63,912 bases of DNA from an uncultured Planctomycetales bacterium (GTDB lineage Bacteria; Planctomycetota; Phycisphaerae; SM23-33): positions 1-63,912 of the forward strand of contig CBFCZU010000002.1 in assembly GCA_965602635.1 (NCBI GenBank). The letters run 5' to 3'. The notes below the pieces were generated by a model, which saw nothing but the letters and a program-made list of their open reading frames with translations, did not search any database and was not told where the DNA came from. Within the stretch, counting starts at the first letter, position 1. Each line of letters begins with the position of its first letter. Position numbers and translations under genes: made by a program. Of the stretch, positions 1 to 12,090 are shown in pieces.

Positions 1-153
1 CTCGGCCGAGGAACGGAAACCGAGGGGACCTTTGCAGAGCATGGATCCGTTTCCGTTCGTGAGCCACCACGTCCAGAACTCGCCGCCTTGCTTGTTGGTG
101 GCGTACTTCACGACGTGGGCACGTAGCTTGTTGGGCTTCGCTGCTGTCTTCAT
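1..153 (-). CDS. DUF1508/YegP-like protein, N-terminal part only (gene runs off the left edge)
   Basis: Own translation of the minus strand from the ATG at 153-151: MKTAAKPNKLRAHVVKYATNKQGGEFWTWWLTNGNGSMLCKGPLGFRSSAE... The GE-aromatic-x-W-x-L-x3-NG pattern resembles YegP repeats. Its ATG overlaps the stop of the upstream ORF (ATGA, 150-153). Confidence 0.45.
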   Translation of the reverse strand, partial: MKTAAKPNKLRAHVVKYATNKQGGEFWTWWLTNGNGSMLCKGPLGFRSSAE

Positions 154-488
154 AGCTTCCATCCTTTCCGGAGGGCCGTGGAAACCCACCCTCCCAGGTT
201 GCGACGGGGACGGGACAAGCCGGCCTTGCAGGCCCGGCGGATTTGGTCTGGGTTGAACTGCTCGAGGATCTCAGCGGGACGGACCACCCGGCACAGTGCG
301 AGTAGGTCCGGGACGGTCATTGAGTCCAGGGCCTTCGGCGGGGAAGGCTGAGGGTCCGGAGCCTGGGGGGTCGGTGGCGCCGGCGACGTGGAGGAGGAGA
401 TGGACGGGATCCCGTTGCCGGCGGGGACCTGGATGTTGATCACGATCGAGAATGGAACGGGGGCGGGTGCTGGGGCGTGGCCTTCCAT
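150..488 (-). CDS. hypothetical protein with a Pro-rich linker
   Basis: 112-aa ORF. GAAAGGA Shine-Dalgarno-like motif upstream of the ATG at 488. The 4-nt overlap with the next gene argues both are translated. No family recognised. Confidence 0.45.
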   Translation of the reverse strand: MEGHAPAPAPVPFSIVINIQVPAGNGIPSISSSTSPAPPTPQAPDPQPSPPKALDSMTVPDLLALCRVVRPAEILEQFNPDQIRRACKAGLSRPRRNLGGWVSTALRKGWKL

Positions 489-660
489 GGCGTGTGTCCT
501 TTCGTGTGTCCCTTGCAGGACCCTGACACCGGGGAGGCCCCGAACAGCACCCTTGCGCGAACGTTACATAACATATATTATCGGACGTTGCGGAAGGGGG
601 CGTTCCGGCGGCATGGCCGCATTCCGCGGCCGCGGCTGGGGTTCGCTGGCCGGGCTGGGG

Positions 661-2199
661 TCAGTCGCCGCCGAGGTGCTGGCGGACGTAGTCCAGAACG
701 GCCGAGGAGTTGATCCGCTCCTGCTTGAGCGTGTCGCGCTGGCGGACCGTGACGGTCTGATCGTCGAGCGTCTGGCCGTCGACGGTGATGCAGAACGGAG
801 TGCCGGCCTCGTCCTGGCGGCGGTACCGCCGGCCGACGGCGCCTTTCTCGTCGTAGAAGCTCGACAGGCCCGACGCCCGGACGGCCTCGTGGATCCCGCG
901 GGCGATCTCCGGCATCCCCTGCTTCTTGACCAGCGGGAAGACCGCCACCTTCGTCGGTGCCAGCCGCGGGTGGAACTTCATCACGACCCGCTTCTGGGCG
1001 ACGCCCTTCTCGTCGGGTGCCTCGTCCTCGCAGTAGGCCTCGCACAGGAAGGCCAGCACCGTCCGGTCGATCCCGCCGGAGGGCTCGATCACATACGGGA
1101 TGAACCGCTCCTTGGTCTCGTCGTCGTAGTAGGCCATGTCCCGCCCGGAGATCTCCTGGTGCTGCTTGAGGTCGAAGTCGGTCCGGTTGGCGATGCCCTC
1201 CAGCTCGCAGATGCCGAACGGGAAGTCGTACTCGACGTCGGCGCAGGCGGCGGCGTAGTGGGCCAGCTCCTCGCTCTCGTGGTCGCGCAGCCGCAGCTTG
1301 CTGCTGGTGAGCCCCAGGCCGACGTACCACTGGAAGCGGGCGTCGCGCCAATACTCGTACCACCGGTCGGCCTCGCCGGGGTGGCAGAAGAACTCGATCT
1401 CCATCTGCTCGAACTCGCGGCTGCGGAAGGTGTAGTTCCGCGGGTTGATCTCGTTGCGGAAGGCCTTGCCGATCTGGGCGATGCCGAAGGGCAGCTTCAT
1501 CCGCGAGGTGTCGAGGACGTTGCGGTAGTTGCAGAAGATCCCCTGCGCCGTCTCCGGGCGGAGGTAGGCTGTCGCGGAGGTGTCCTCCATGGCCCCGACG
1601 GCCGTCTCGAACATCAGGTTGAATTTCCTGGGGGCGGTGAGCGCGTCGAGCGCCCCGCAGCCCGGGCACAGCGACTTGTCGTCGGGCCCCGGCTCGGCCC
1701 CGGGTGCGTACACGCGCGTCTCGTAGCCGCCCTTGAGCCGGCGTCTGGCCTTGCTGGGCGCCTTGGCCAGGGCAACCTCCACCGCCTGGGCGGCCTCCTC
1801 GGCCTCAACGCCTTCGGCGTGGACGGGTTGGCCCGCCTCGCGGAAGAACCGCACCGTAAAGAGGCGGTCGGCACGGAAGTGCCTCTTGCACTCCCTGCAC
1901 GTCACCATGGGATCGGTGAACTGCGTGACGTGCCCGGAGGCCTCCCACACCTTGGGGTTCATGATGATCGAGCAGTCGAGCCCGACGATGTCGTCGCGCC
2001 GGCGGACGATGTCCGTCCACCAGGCCTGCTTGATGTTGCGCTTCAGCTCGACCCCCAGCGGGCCGTAGTCCCAGAAGCCGTTGATGCCCCCGTAGATCTC
2101 GGATGACTGGAAGATGAACCCGCGCCGCTTGCACAGCGCCACCAGCCTGTCCATCAGGCCCCGCCGGGGCGGGTCGTCGCTTCGGGCCTCGGCCGTCAT
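661..2199 (-). CDS. glyQS: glycine--tRNA ligase (dimeric class II GlyRS)
   Basis: Translation contains MDRLVALCKRRGFIFQSSEIYGGINGFWDYGPLGVELKRNIKQAWW and a C-terminal anticodon-binding region. Start set at the ATG at 2199 (MTAEAR...), preceded by GGAGAG. The ORF-track start at 2298 looks like an upstream extension. Confidence 0.93.
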   Translation of the reverse strand: MTAEARSDDPPRRGLMDRLVALCKRRGFIFQSSEIYGGINGFWDYGPLGVELKRNIKQAWWTDIVRRRDDIVGLDCSIIMNPKVWEASGHVTQFTDPMVTCRECKRHFRADRLFTVRFFREAGQPVHAEGVEAEEAAQAVEVALAKAPSKARRRLKGGYETRVYAPGAEPGPDDKSLCPGCGALDALTAPRKFNLMFETAVGAMEDTSATAYLRPETAQGIFCNYRNVLDTSRMKLPFGIAQIGKAFRNEINPRNYTFRSREFEQMEIEFFCHPGEADRWYEYWRDARFQWYVGLGLTSSKLRLRDHESEELAHYAAACADVEYDFPFGICELEGIANRTDFDLKQHQEISGRDMAYYDDETKERFIPYVIEPSGGIDRTVLAFLCEAYCEDEAPDEKGVAQKRVVMKFHPRLAPTKVAVFPLVKKQGMPEIARGIHEAVRASGLSSFYDEKGAVGRRYRRQDEAGTPFCITVDGQTLDDQTVTVRQRDTLKQERINSSAVLDYVRQHLGGD

Positions 2200-2676
2200 G
2201 TTCTCTCCGCGTCTGAAGGCAGTCTCGCGCACCTGCCCGACTGCTTGCCCACCAGCTGGCAGGCGGGTTCGCCGCGCGGGCGGATGTCGAGTGGGCATGA
2301 TAGGCCCTGGCGGCGGGGATTACAACCGTTGCGGCCCCCGCCGGCGGGGCCCCACCGTCGCCTGAGGCCGCTGTAAACAAACGCGGCAACTGCACTTGGC
2401 GGCGGCCTGAAGGCGGTATTATCGGCACGTCTTACCCAGTTTCAAAAGAGCGAAAACCCTTGGCCCCCAAGCGCTTCCGACGCCCATTTTCGCCGGATCG
2501 CGCCCCCGTCAATGGCCGGATCGGGTATCATGGTAGGTGTCAGTGAGATTGCCCCAGGAGGTGATCTGAAGTGTCGTCACGGCAGATTCGCCGGAAGCTG
2601 AAGATGGCCCTGTACATAGTGCTGAGCTTCGCGGCACTGTGTTAGGCCTGTCGCGCGCCGGCGTCGCCCGCGGCGT

Positions 2677-3963
2677 TTACTTCCCGCCGATCATCTTGTT
2701 GAACTCTCCCTCGTTTGTCACGCGCACGCCGAGCGTCCGGGCCCTCTCGGCCTTGGAGCCGGGGTCCTCGCCGGCCAGAACGTAGTCGGTCTTCTTCGAT
2801 ACGCTCGACGCCGACCTGCCGCCGGCGGCCTTGATCGCCTGCTGGGCCTCGGGCCGCGTGTATCCCGTCAGCGTGCCGGTGACGACGACCGTCTTGCCGG
2901 CAAGCGGCAGGTCGCCCCCCTCCCCCACCGCCTTCTCGGCCACCTCGGGCGGTTGCTGCACAAGGGGATCGCCCGGCGCCCAACCCAGCTCCCTCAACGC
3001 GGCGTGAAGGCGATGAAGTTTTCTGGCCTCCTTCGCGTCCAGCCACTTGTCATCGATGAACTGCGAAATGACGGCGGAAAAGAGACGCGCATGCAGCATC
3101 CGGACCTGCTCGTCGGGAAGCCCATGACGGAGCTTTATCTCTCGCATCTCCTCCATTTCCTCGGGCGTGATGCGAAGGTCCGCTACGACGGTCTTGAGCG
3201 CCTCCCAGTACTCAACCAAAGCGTTCCGAGCTGGAGCGGTCTGTACCGAAGGAGCCTGCTCTCCCACAGGGACGCGTTCGGGGGTGGCGATGTGGCGAGC
3301 CTTCAGACGGCGACAAGGTCCACGACCTCCTACCAACGAGGGCAAGAACAGAGGGTTTGTGAAGCTCTCCATGAACTTGTACTGTCCGGACCTCTCCAGG
3401 TCCCCAAACGTGCCAATGCCCTGCTGCCGCATCTCCTTCAGGTACCGGAGTAAGAGTTGTGCGGCTGCCGCAGCGTCCGCCGAGGCTTCGTGTTGCCCGG
3501 AATAGGACACGCCGAAATGGGCACAGGCCTGGGGGAGCCGGCATCGTTTGCCCAATCCCAGCAAGGGCCGCAGGTACATCACGCAGAGATGAGGTGGAAC
3601 ATCGAACACCTCAGCTTCTGCGAGCTCATGGGCCAGGAACCTGATATCGAAGTACACGTTGTAAGCGGCCACCACGCACCCCGAGAGGGCGCCGACCATG
3701 TCCCCGGCTATCTCCGCAAAGGTCGGCGCGTCCGCCACGTCCGAATCGGTTATCCCGTGTATCTCAGTGGCAGCGACTCGACGTCGCGGATTGACGAGCG
3801 TGTCGAGCACATGCCTTGGGGCGGCGCCCGGCTCCACACGGACTACCGAGACCTCCACTATGCGGTCGCGTCCTGCAGTCAGCCCCGTGGTTTCAAGATC
3901 GACCACAGCGAATGGTGTCTCGTTGACTGGCGAATCAAGAATCCCCAGCGAGTTCCCGCTCAT
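2677..3963 (-). CDS. DnaQ-like 3'-5' exonuclease with a C-terminal BRCT domain
   Basis: N-terminus FAVVDLETTGL...IVEVSVV and ...AYNVYFDIRFL match DEDD exonuclease motifs. C-terminus [28 protein letters not shown]... is BRCT-like. Start could be the ATG at 3963 or the GTG at 3969. Lies 13 nt downstream of ligA. Confidence 0.85.
   Translation of the reverse strand: MSGNSLGILDSPVNETPFAVVDLETTGLTAGRDRIVEVSVVRVEPGAAPRHVLDTLVNPRRRVAATEIHGITDSDVADAPTFAEIAGDMVGALSGCVVAAYNVYFDIRFLAHELAEAEVFDVPPHLCVMYLRPLLGLGKRCRLPQACAHFGVSYSGQHEASADAAAAAQLLLRYLKEMRQQGIGTFGDLERSGQYKFMESFTNPLFLPSLVGGRGPCRRLKARHIATPERVPVGEQAPSVQTAPARNALVEYWEALKTVVADLRITPEEMEEMREIKLRHGLPDEQVRMLHARLFSAVISQFIDDKWLDAKEARKLHRLHAALRELGWAPGDPLVQQPPEVAEKAVGEGGDLPLAGKTVVVTGTLTGYTRPEAQQAIKAAGGRSASSVSKKTDYVLAGEDPGSKAERARTLGVRVTNEGEFNKMIGGK
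2798..2900. repeat. 103-nt segment, 98/103 identical to 4104-4206 (BRCT-coding part of the exonuclease gene)
   Basis: Hand alignment of gatacgctcgacgccgacctgccgccggcggcc...gtcttgccgg against the ligA 3' region gave 5 mismatches. Confidence 0.85.
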
Positions 3964-3982
3964 CGTCACACCCCTTTGATTG

Positions 3983-6584
<2,602 letters not shown>

Positions 6585-6626
6585 GGCAAAGTCCTCGGTC
6601 TCGGCGATTTGTTGGGTCAGTGTTCC

Positions 6627-7115
6627 TCAGACGACCTCTCCGGTGGAGGTGTCGTAAATCCACCGCAGGGCGTCGAGGTCGTACTCGATGATTTCCTCGG
6701 GTCGGAAGAAGAGCTGGACTTCCTGCTCGGCCGCCTCGGGCGAGTCGCTGCCGTGGACGAGGTTGAACCTCTTGGACATGGCCAGGTCGCCGCGGATGGT
6801 GCCGGCTGGCGCGTCCGGGCCGAACGTCGGGCCCACCATCGAGCGGACGACCGCCACGGCCCCCTTGCCCTCAACGACCATCAGCACCACCGGCCCGGAG
6901 GCCATGTAAGCCAGAAGCGGCTCGTAAAAGTCCTTGCCCGCGTGCGCCCCGTAATGCCGCTCCAGCAGCTCCCGCTCCAGGCGGGCGAGCTTCAGGGCGA
7001 CGATCTTCAGGCCCTTGGACTCGAACTGTGCCACAATCCGCCCGACCAGTTGCCGCTGGACGGCATCGGGCTTGAGAATGACCAGCGTGTGCTCCAGCCG
7101 GGTCCGACCGCTCAT
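6627..7115 (-). CDS. ndk: nucleoside-diphosphate kinase
   Basis: LEHTLVILKPDAVQRQLVGRIVAQFESKGLKIVALK...NLVHGSDSPEAAEQE. GAGGAG Shine-Dalgarno upstream. Confidence 0.94.
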   Translation of the reverse strand: MSGRTRLEHTLVILKPDAVQRQLVGRIVAQFESKGLKIVALKLARLERELLERHYGAHAGKDFYEPLLAYMASGPVVLMVVEGKGAVAVVRSMVGPTFGPDAPAGTIRGDLAMSKRFNLVHGSDSPEAAEQEVQLFFRPEEIIEYDLDALRWIYDTSTGEVV

Positions 7116-7276
7116 CAGAAAAGCTCTCCTCTACTCGGTCCTGCCCTGGCCAATCTAAGAGGGTCGGCCGCGGACGTCAAGCCCGCGGGCCGGGTGGGGC
7201 CGGAATGCATTTGACAGTCTCGCGCCGGTCTGCTACCATGCTACGGTGAAAGGGGGCGCGGAGGTGGTACCCAGAG

Positions 7277-7660
7277 ATGGCCGGTGAACTTAGCGGCAAG
7301 CGGGTGTTGGTGGTCGATGACGACGCGGATATCCTTACGGCGATCCGGACCGCCATGGAGGAGGCCGGGGCCCAGGTCGATACCGCCGCCGACGGCAACC
7401 ACGCCGTCAGCAAGGCGACGGAAACCGACCCGGACCTGATAATCCTGGACCTGATGCTCCCCAAGCGCAGCGGGTTCCTGGTCGCCGAGAAGCTCAAGAG
7501 CGGCAAGGCCAAGGGCGAGAAGCCCCGGGTGATAATGGTCACCGGCAATCCCGGGCAGCGGCATCGCACCTACGCCGACCGGATCGGCGTGGACGCCTAC
7601 TTCACCAAGCCCTTCCGGATGGACCGCCTGGTGGAATCGGCTGAGAAATTGTTTGCTTGA
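7277..7660 (+). CDS. single-domain response regulator (CheY-like receiver)
   Basis: KRVLVVDDDADIL, DLIILDLMLP, VIMVTG and a conserved KP. No output domain. Confidence 0.9.
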   Translation: MAGELSGKRVLVVDDDADILTAIRTAMEEAGAQVDTAADGNHAVSKATETDPDLIILDLMLPKRSGFLVAEKLKSGKAKGEKPRVIMVTGNPGQRHRTYADRIGVDAYFTKPFRMDRLVESAEKLFA

Positions 7661-7796
7661 CACGGCGCGAATGACCGATTAGAAGATGGACAGGAAATAG
7701 AGACGGTTAGAGTGGATTCGGTGAGAGGATTGAGGTAAGGACAAGAGTTAGAAGGTTCTGAGCAGAGGCGGACGGGAAAAGGCAAGCGTAAACGAG

Positions 7797-8066
7797 ATGG
7801 CTCTAGAAGCTGCGGTAAAGACTGAAATTGTGGAAAGCTACCGGCGTCACGGGTGTGACACCGGCTCGGCGGAGGTCCAGATCGCGCTGCTGACGGGGCG
7901 GATCAACCACCTCACCGAGCACATGAAGTCGCACAAGAAGGATTTCGGGTCGCGGCACGGGCTGCTGAAGCTTGTTGGTAAGCGCAGCCGCCTGTTGAAG
8001 TACCTCTCGCGGACGGAGCCGGAGCGTTATCAGCAGATCATCTCACGGCTCGGTCTGCGGAAGTAG
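7797..8066 (+). CDS. rpsO: 30S ribosomal protein S15
   Basis: 89 aa with [48 protein letters not shown]. Sits directly upstream of pnp, the conserved arrangement. Confidence 0.96.
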   Translation: MALEAAVKTEIVESYRRHGCDTGSAEVQIALLTGRINHLTEHMKSHKKDFGSRHGLLKLVGKRSRLLKYLSRTEPERYQQIISRLGLRK

Positions 8067-8079
8067 CCTTCCCTGTCGG

Positions 8080-8107
8080 CTCCCCGGCCGGGGCTTCGGC
8101 CCGGGAG
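8080..8107 (+). terminator. GC-rich hairpin between rpsO and pnp (attenuator or processing-site candidate)
   Basis: ctccccggcc / ggcccgggag forms a 10-bp stem with one mismatch and an 8-nt loop. No U-tract. E. coli has a processed hairpin in the same intergenic position. Confidence 0.3.
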
Positions 8108-8245
8108 CGTCCCGCCAAGGCAAGCCCTTTCCGGGGAACGTGTAGGCTTCGGCCCTATCGGCCGGGGGCATGGTGCCGCCGGGCCGGTTCGTCCCCCCAC
8201 CGACGAGACAGGCAACGTTGCAGACAAGGAAAGAGGAAAAGAGGA

Positions 8246-10411
8246 ATGGAAGACATCACAGCAGTGACGGTTGTTGAGAAGAAGATGGGCGCGCACACGC
8301 TTCGCCTGGAGACGGGCAAGGTGGCAAAGCAGGCGCACGGGGCAGTTACCGTGCAGTACGGTGACACGATCGTGCTGGCGACGGCGCTGTCGGCGCCTCC
8401 GACGCGGGACATCGACTATTTTCCGCTTTACGTGGACTACCGGGAAATGCAGTACGCGGGCGGCAAGTTTCCGGGCGGCTTTTTCAAGCGAGAGGGCCGG
8501 CCCAGCAGCAAGGAGGTCCTGAGCTGCCGTATGGTCGACCGCACCATCCGCCCGCTGTGGCCCGACGGCTACAGCAACGAGGTGCAGATTCAGTGCATCG
8601 TCGTCTCGTCGGACAAGGAGTGCGACCCGGACGTGCTGGCGGTCATCGGCGGCAGCGCCGCCCTGGCGCTGAGTCCGGCGCCGTTCGAGGGCCCGATCGC
8701 CGCGGTCCGGGTGGGCAAGGACAACGACGAGTTCGTTCTCTTCCCCACCTACGAGCAGCGCCGCGAGGGCGGGCTCGACCTGATCGTCGCCGGGCACGGC
8801 AAGGGCATTAACATGCTCGAGATGGGCGGCGAGGAAGTGCCCGAGGACGTCGTCGCCGAGGCGTGCGAGTTCGGCTTCAAGTGGGTCAAAGAGATCGTCG
8901 GTATGATCGACGAGCTTACGGCCAAGGTGGGCGTCAAGAAGGACTACGAGCCGCCGGCGCCGAACGAGGAGCTCAACCGCCTGGTCGCCGACAAGTGCGG
9001 CAAGCCGCTCGCCAAGGCCAAGCAGACAAAGGGCAAGGCCGAGCGCGAGGAGGCGCTCCGGGAGATTCGCGAGTCCCTGCTGGCGGAGTTGTGCCCGGAG
9101 GGGGCCGAAGAGCCTCCCTACGAGCGGGCCGACGTGGGCAAGGCCTTCCACGACCTGGAGCACAAGATACAGCGCGAGCTGGCCATGTCGGGCGTCCGTC
9201 CGGACGGACGGTCGGCCAAGGACATTCGCCCCATCACGATCGAGGTGCCCGCCCTGCCGCGGACACACGGCTCGGCCCTGTTCACCCGCGGCGAGACGCA
9301 GTCGCTGGCGGCCGTCACCCTGGGCACGCCGCGCGATCAGCAGAAGATCGACGGGCTGGTGGAGGAGTACTACAAGCGCTTCATCCTGCATTACAACTTC
9401 CCGCCCTTCAGCGTGGGAGAGATTCGCCCGATCCGCGGGCCGTCGCGGCGCGACATCGGCCACGGCGCCCTGACCGAAAAGAGCCTGGAACCGGTCCTGC
9501 CGGCCGTGGAGGACTTCCCCTACACGATCCGGGTGGTCAGCGAGATACTCGAGTCCAACGGGTCGAGCTCGATGGCCTCGGTGTGCGGGGCGACGCTCTC
9601 GCTGATGGACGCCGGCGTGCCGATCAAGGCCCCCGTGGCGGGGGTCAGCATCGGCATGGTCAGTGACGGCGATCGTAAGCTGCTGCTGACCGACATCCTC
9701 GGCGAGGAGGACTTCACCGGCGACATGGACTTCAAGGTCGCCGGCACGAAGAACGGCATAACCGGCATCCAGATGGACATGAAGCTCAAGGCCGGGCTGG
9801 ACCTGGAGACCGTCAGCCAGGCGCTGGCGCAGGCCCGCGAGGCGCGGATTGAGATTCTGGCCGAGATCGCCAAGGCCATCGAGGCTCCTCGCTCGGAACT
9901 CAGCCGCTACGCCCCAAGGCTGGAGACCGTCAAGATCGACCCCGAGAAGATCGGCAAGATCATCGGCCCGGGCGGCAAGACCATCAATGCCATGCAGGCC
10001 AAGTACGAGGTGAGCATTGACGTGGAGGACGACGGGACGGTCTTCGTCGCCGGGACCAACGTCAAGGGCGTCGAGGAGGCCCTCGAGGAGATCCGGGGTT
10101 TGACCGAGGACGTCAAGGTCGGCACGGTTTATACCGGTAAGGTCGTTAATATACGAGACTTCGGAGCGTTTGTGGAGCTTACCCCCGGCCAGGACGGCCT
10201 CTGCCACGTCTCGGAATTGGCGGAAGAATATGTGAAAAACGTTTCGGATGTGGTCAAGCTGGGGGATACAATTAAGGTCAAAGTGATCTCCATTGATGAT
10301 CAGGGGAGAGTGAAGCTCTCCCGCAAGGTAGTATTGCGCGAAGAAAAGGGCGGTGGCGGGTCGCCCTCCCCCGAGCGGGGAGGCAGGCGGCCCCGATCCG
10401 ACAAGAAATAG
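8246..10411 (+). CDS. pnp: polyribonucleotide nucleotidyltransferase (PNPase)
   Basis: 721 aa with two RNase PH domains, a KH domain ([16 protein letters not shown]) and an S1 domain ([15 protein letters not shown]). Confidence 0.96.
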   Translation: MEDITAVTVVEKKMGAHTLRLETGKVAKQAHGAVTVQYGDTIVLATALSAPPTRDIDYFPLYVDYREMQYAGGKFPGGFFKREGRPSSKEVLSCRMVDRTIRPLWPDGYSNEVQIQCIVVSSDKECDPDVLAVIGGSAALALSPAPFEGPIAAVRVGKDNDEFVLFPTYEQRREGGLDLIVAGHGKGINMLEMGGEEVPEDVVAEACEFGFKWVKEIVGMIDELTAKVGVKKDYEPPAPNEELNRLVADKCGKPLAKAKQTKGKAEREEALREIRESLLAELCPEGAEEPPYERADVGKAFHDLEHKIQRELAMSGVRPDGRSAKDIRPITIEVPALPRTHGSALFTRGETQSLAAVTLGTPRDQQKIDGLVEEYYKRFILHYNFPPFSVGEIRPIRGPSRRDIGHGALTEKSLEPVLPAVEDFPYTIRVVSEILESNGSSSMASVCGATLSLMDAGVPIKAPVAGVSIGMVSDGDRKLLLTDILGEEDFTGDMDFKVAGTKNGITGIQMDMKLKAGLDLETVSQALAQAREARIEILAEIAKAIEAPRSELSRYAPRLETVKIDPEKIGKIIGPGGKTINAMQAKYEVSIDVEDDGTVFVAGTNVKGVEEALEEIRGLTEDVKVGTVYTGKVVNIRDFGAFVELTPGQDGLCHVSELAEEYVKNVSDVVKLGDTIKVKVISIDDQGRVKLSRKVVLREEKGGGGSPSPERGGRRPRSDKK

Positions 10412-10751
10412 ACTCGCCGGGGGGAGCGAGTCGCAGGAGCAGTTTGGGCCCGCTCGGCCGGCGCCGAATGGGCAGCGGGAGCCGTCGCCCCACCTGGGGT
10501 TGGTAGGGCGGCCTTTGCCGTCCCCGGGACGGCCCCGTTGCGAGTTCGGGGGCCAATGCTTCGGCGCCTGCCAGGCGGTGGATTAGCGGCATTTCATATG
10601 TAACCTTGGGTACAAGTCGTGATGGAGCGACCATGTCATTTTCGGGGCGAGTTTTCTGAGGTTCCTGACCATCCTCCGCTCAGGCTGGACGGTGCAGGGC
10701 CTCGACGCTCCGGGGACCCAGACCCGGAGCCGTCGGGAAGGAGGTGAACGC

Positions 10752-11003
10752 ATGCTCACCGGGAAGGTCAAGTGGTTTGACCCGAAGAAGGGCTATGGGT
10801 TCATCATTGGAGACGAGGGCCAGGATGTTTTCGTCCATTACACCAGCATCGCCGGCGAGGGCTTCCGTACCCTCAAGGACGGCGAGGTCGTAAACTACGA
10901 ACTGGTGGTGGGCGACAAGGGACACCAGGCCCGCAAGGTCGAGCACGAGCAGCAACCCTCCCAGCCTGCAAGCGACACGGAGGCCGACAGCTCCGCCGAA
11001 TAG
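10752..11003 (+). CDS. cold-shock protein (CspA family) with an acidic C-terminal tail
   Basis: MLTGKVKWFDPKKGYGFIIGDEGQDVFVHYTSI (RNP1/RNP2 motifs). GAAGGAGG lies 6 nt upstream of the ATG at 10752. The ORF-track start at 10692 is an upstream extension. Confidence 0.92.
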   Translation: MLTGKVKWFDPKKGYGFIIGDEGQDVFVHYTSIAGEGFRTLKDGEVVNYELVVGDKGHQARKVEHEQQPSQPASDTEADSSAE

Positions 11004-11169
11004 GGCGCCTCCGCGGGGGCGTCGCTGAGGGGGGTTGGGTTGCCTTTCAGAGCCCGGCGCGTATGCTGTGGCGCCTGCGGCGGGGCTTGCAGTGTGCCCC
11101 GGCCGGCGCGGCTCCACCGGGAGCAAGCACCTTCGGCCCGCGGGCCGGTTCCTTCGGCGACAGACTCTT

Positions 11170-11976
11170 ATGGACTGGATCGGGTTCTTCGTAATCGCGT
11201 TGCTCGCAGCCCTGGCCGCGGCCGTGATCGTGGGCGTATATCTAGGCCGTCGGGGATTCAACTCCGCCAGAAGGGCCAGGCAGCGCCGGCGCGATCGCGA
11301 GCAGTTGATGCAACTGGCCCTGCTGACCGGAGGGCTGGCACACGAGATCAAGAACCCGCTGTCCACCATCAAGCTGAATCTCGAACTCCTGGCCGAGGAC
11401 TTCGAGCACAGCGACGACGAGCTCCACCGCCGCAACTTCGCCCGCCTCCAGGGCCTCCAGAACGAAGTCCAGCGGCTGCAGGACATTCTTGCGGACTTCC
11501 TCAAGTATGCCGACGCACATGAGGCGCAGCCGGCCCAGGTGGACCTGCGGCAGCTCGTCGGGGAGGTCATCGATTTCTTCCGCCCCCAGGCCGAGGACAG
11601 CCGCGTCGTCCTCCGCCCCACCATGCCCGAGGAGCCCGTCCTCTGCCGCGTTGACCGCCCCATGATCAAGCAGGCGCTGCTGAACCTCATGCTCAACGCC
11701 ACCCAGGCCATGGCCGGAGGGGGCGAGTTGATGCTCCGGCTGACGCGCGACGGCAAGGACGCCGTCCTCGAGGTCATCGACACCGGCCCGGGCATCGCGC
11801 CGGAGCTGCGGGAGAAGATCTTCGACCCGTACTATTCGGGCCGGTCTGGCGGGCTGGGGCTCGGCCTGCCCACGACGCGCCGCATGATTCAGCAGAACGA
11901 CGGCGAAATCCGCGTGGACGGGGAGCCGGGCAAGGGCACGCGCTTCATCATTACGTTCCATGGCGTGCAGAAATAA
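11170..11976 (+). CDS. sensor histidine kinase (one N-terminal TM helix, HisKA and HATPase_c domains)
   Basis: TM helix MDWIGFFVIALLAALAAAVIVGVYL, H-box LAHEIKNPL, N-box LLNLMLNATQAM, G-boxes IDTGPGI and GLGLGLP. No obvious sensor domain. Confidence 0.85.
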   Translation: MDWIGFFVIALLAALAAAVIVGVYLGRRGFNSARRARQRRRDREQLMQLALLTGGLAHEIKNPLSTIKLNLELLAEDFEHSDDELHRRNFARLQGLQNEVQRLQDILADFLKYADAHEAQPAQVDLRQLVGEVIDFFRPQAEDSRVVLRPTMPEEPVLCRVDRPMIKQALLNLMLNATQAMAGGGELMLRLTRDGKDAVLEVIDTGPGIAPELREKIFDPYYSGRSGGLGLGLPTTRRMIQQNDGEIRVDGEPGKGTRFIITFHGVQK

Positions 11977-12090
11977 GGGAAACCGAACCGCGAAGCGCCT
12001 CAGACTGGATGCGCCGGGCCTCCGCCAACGATGCGACGCCGGATAACAGCCCAAAGCCGTTCGGGCAGGCCAGCAAGACTCCCTGTGAGC

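Noticed and set aside
8030-10207. Very long antisense or out-of-frame ORFs, for example 8030-10207(-) opposite pnp, 388-2106(+) opposite glyQS, 21109-23487(-) opposite mutL, 56063-58744(-), 43620-45236(-), 35863-37410(-) inside secA, and 16511-18211(-).
   Set aside because: Each one overlaps a gene with clear family motifs on the other strand or frame. Their translations are Arg/Gly/Pro/Ala-rich low-complexity strings, as expected for stop-poor shadow frames in GC-rich DNA.
10411-10432. Hairpin gactcgc-cgggggga-gcgagtc right after the pnp stop, as a terminator.
   Set aside because: The stem is only 7 bp and there is no U-tract. It is too weak to list as a feature without 3'-end data.
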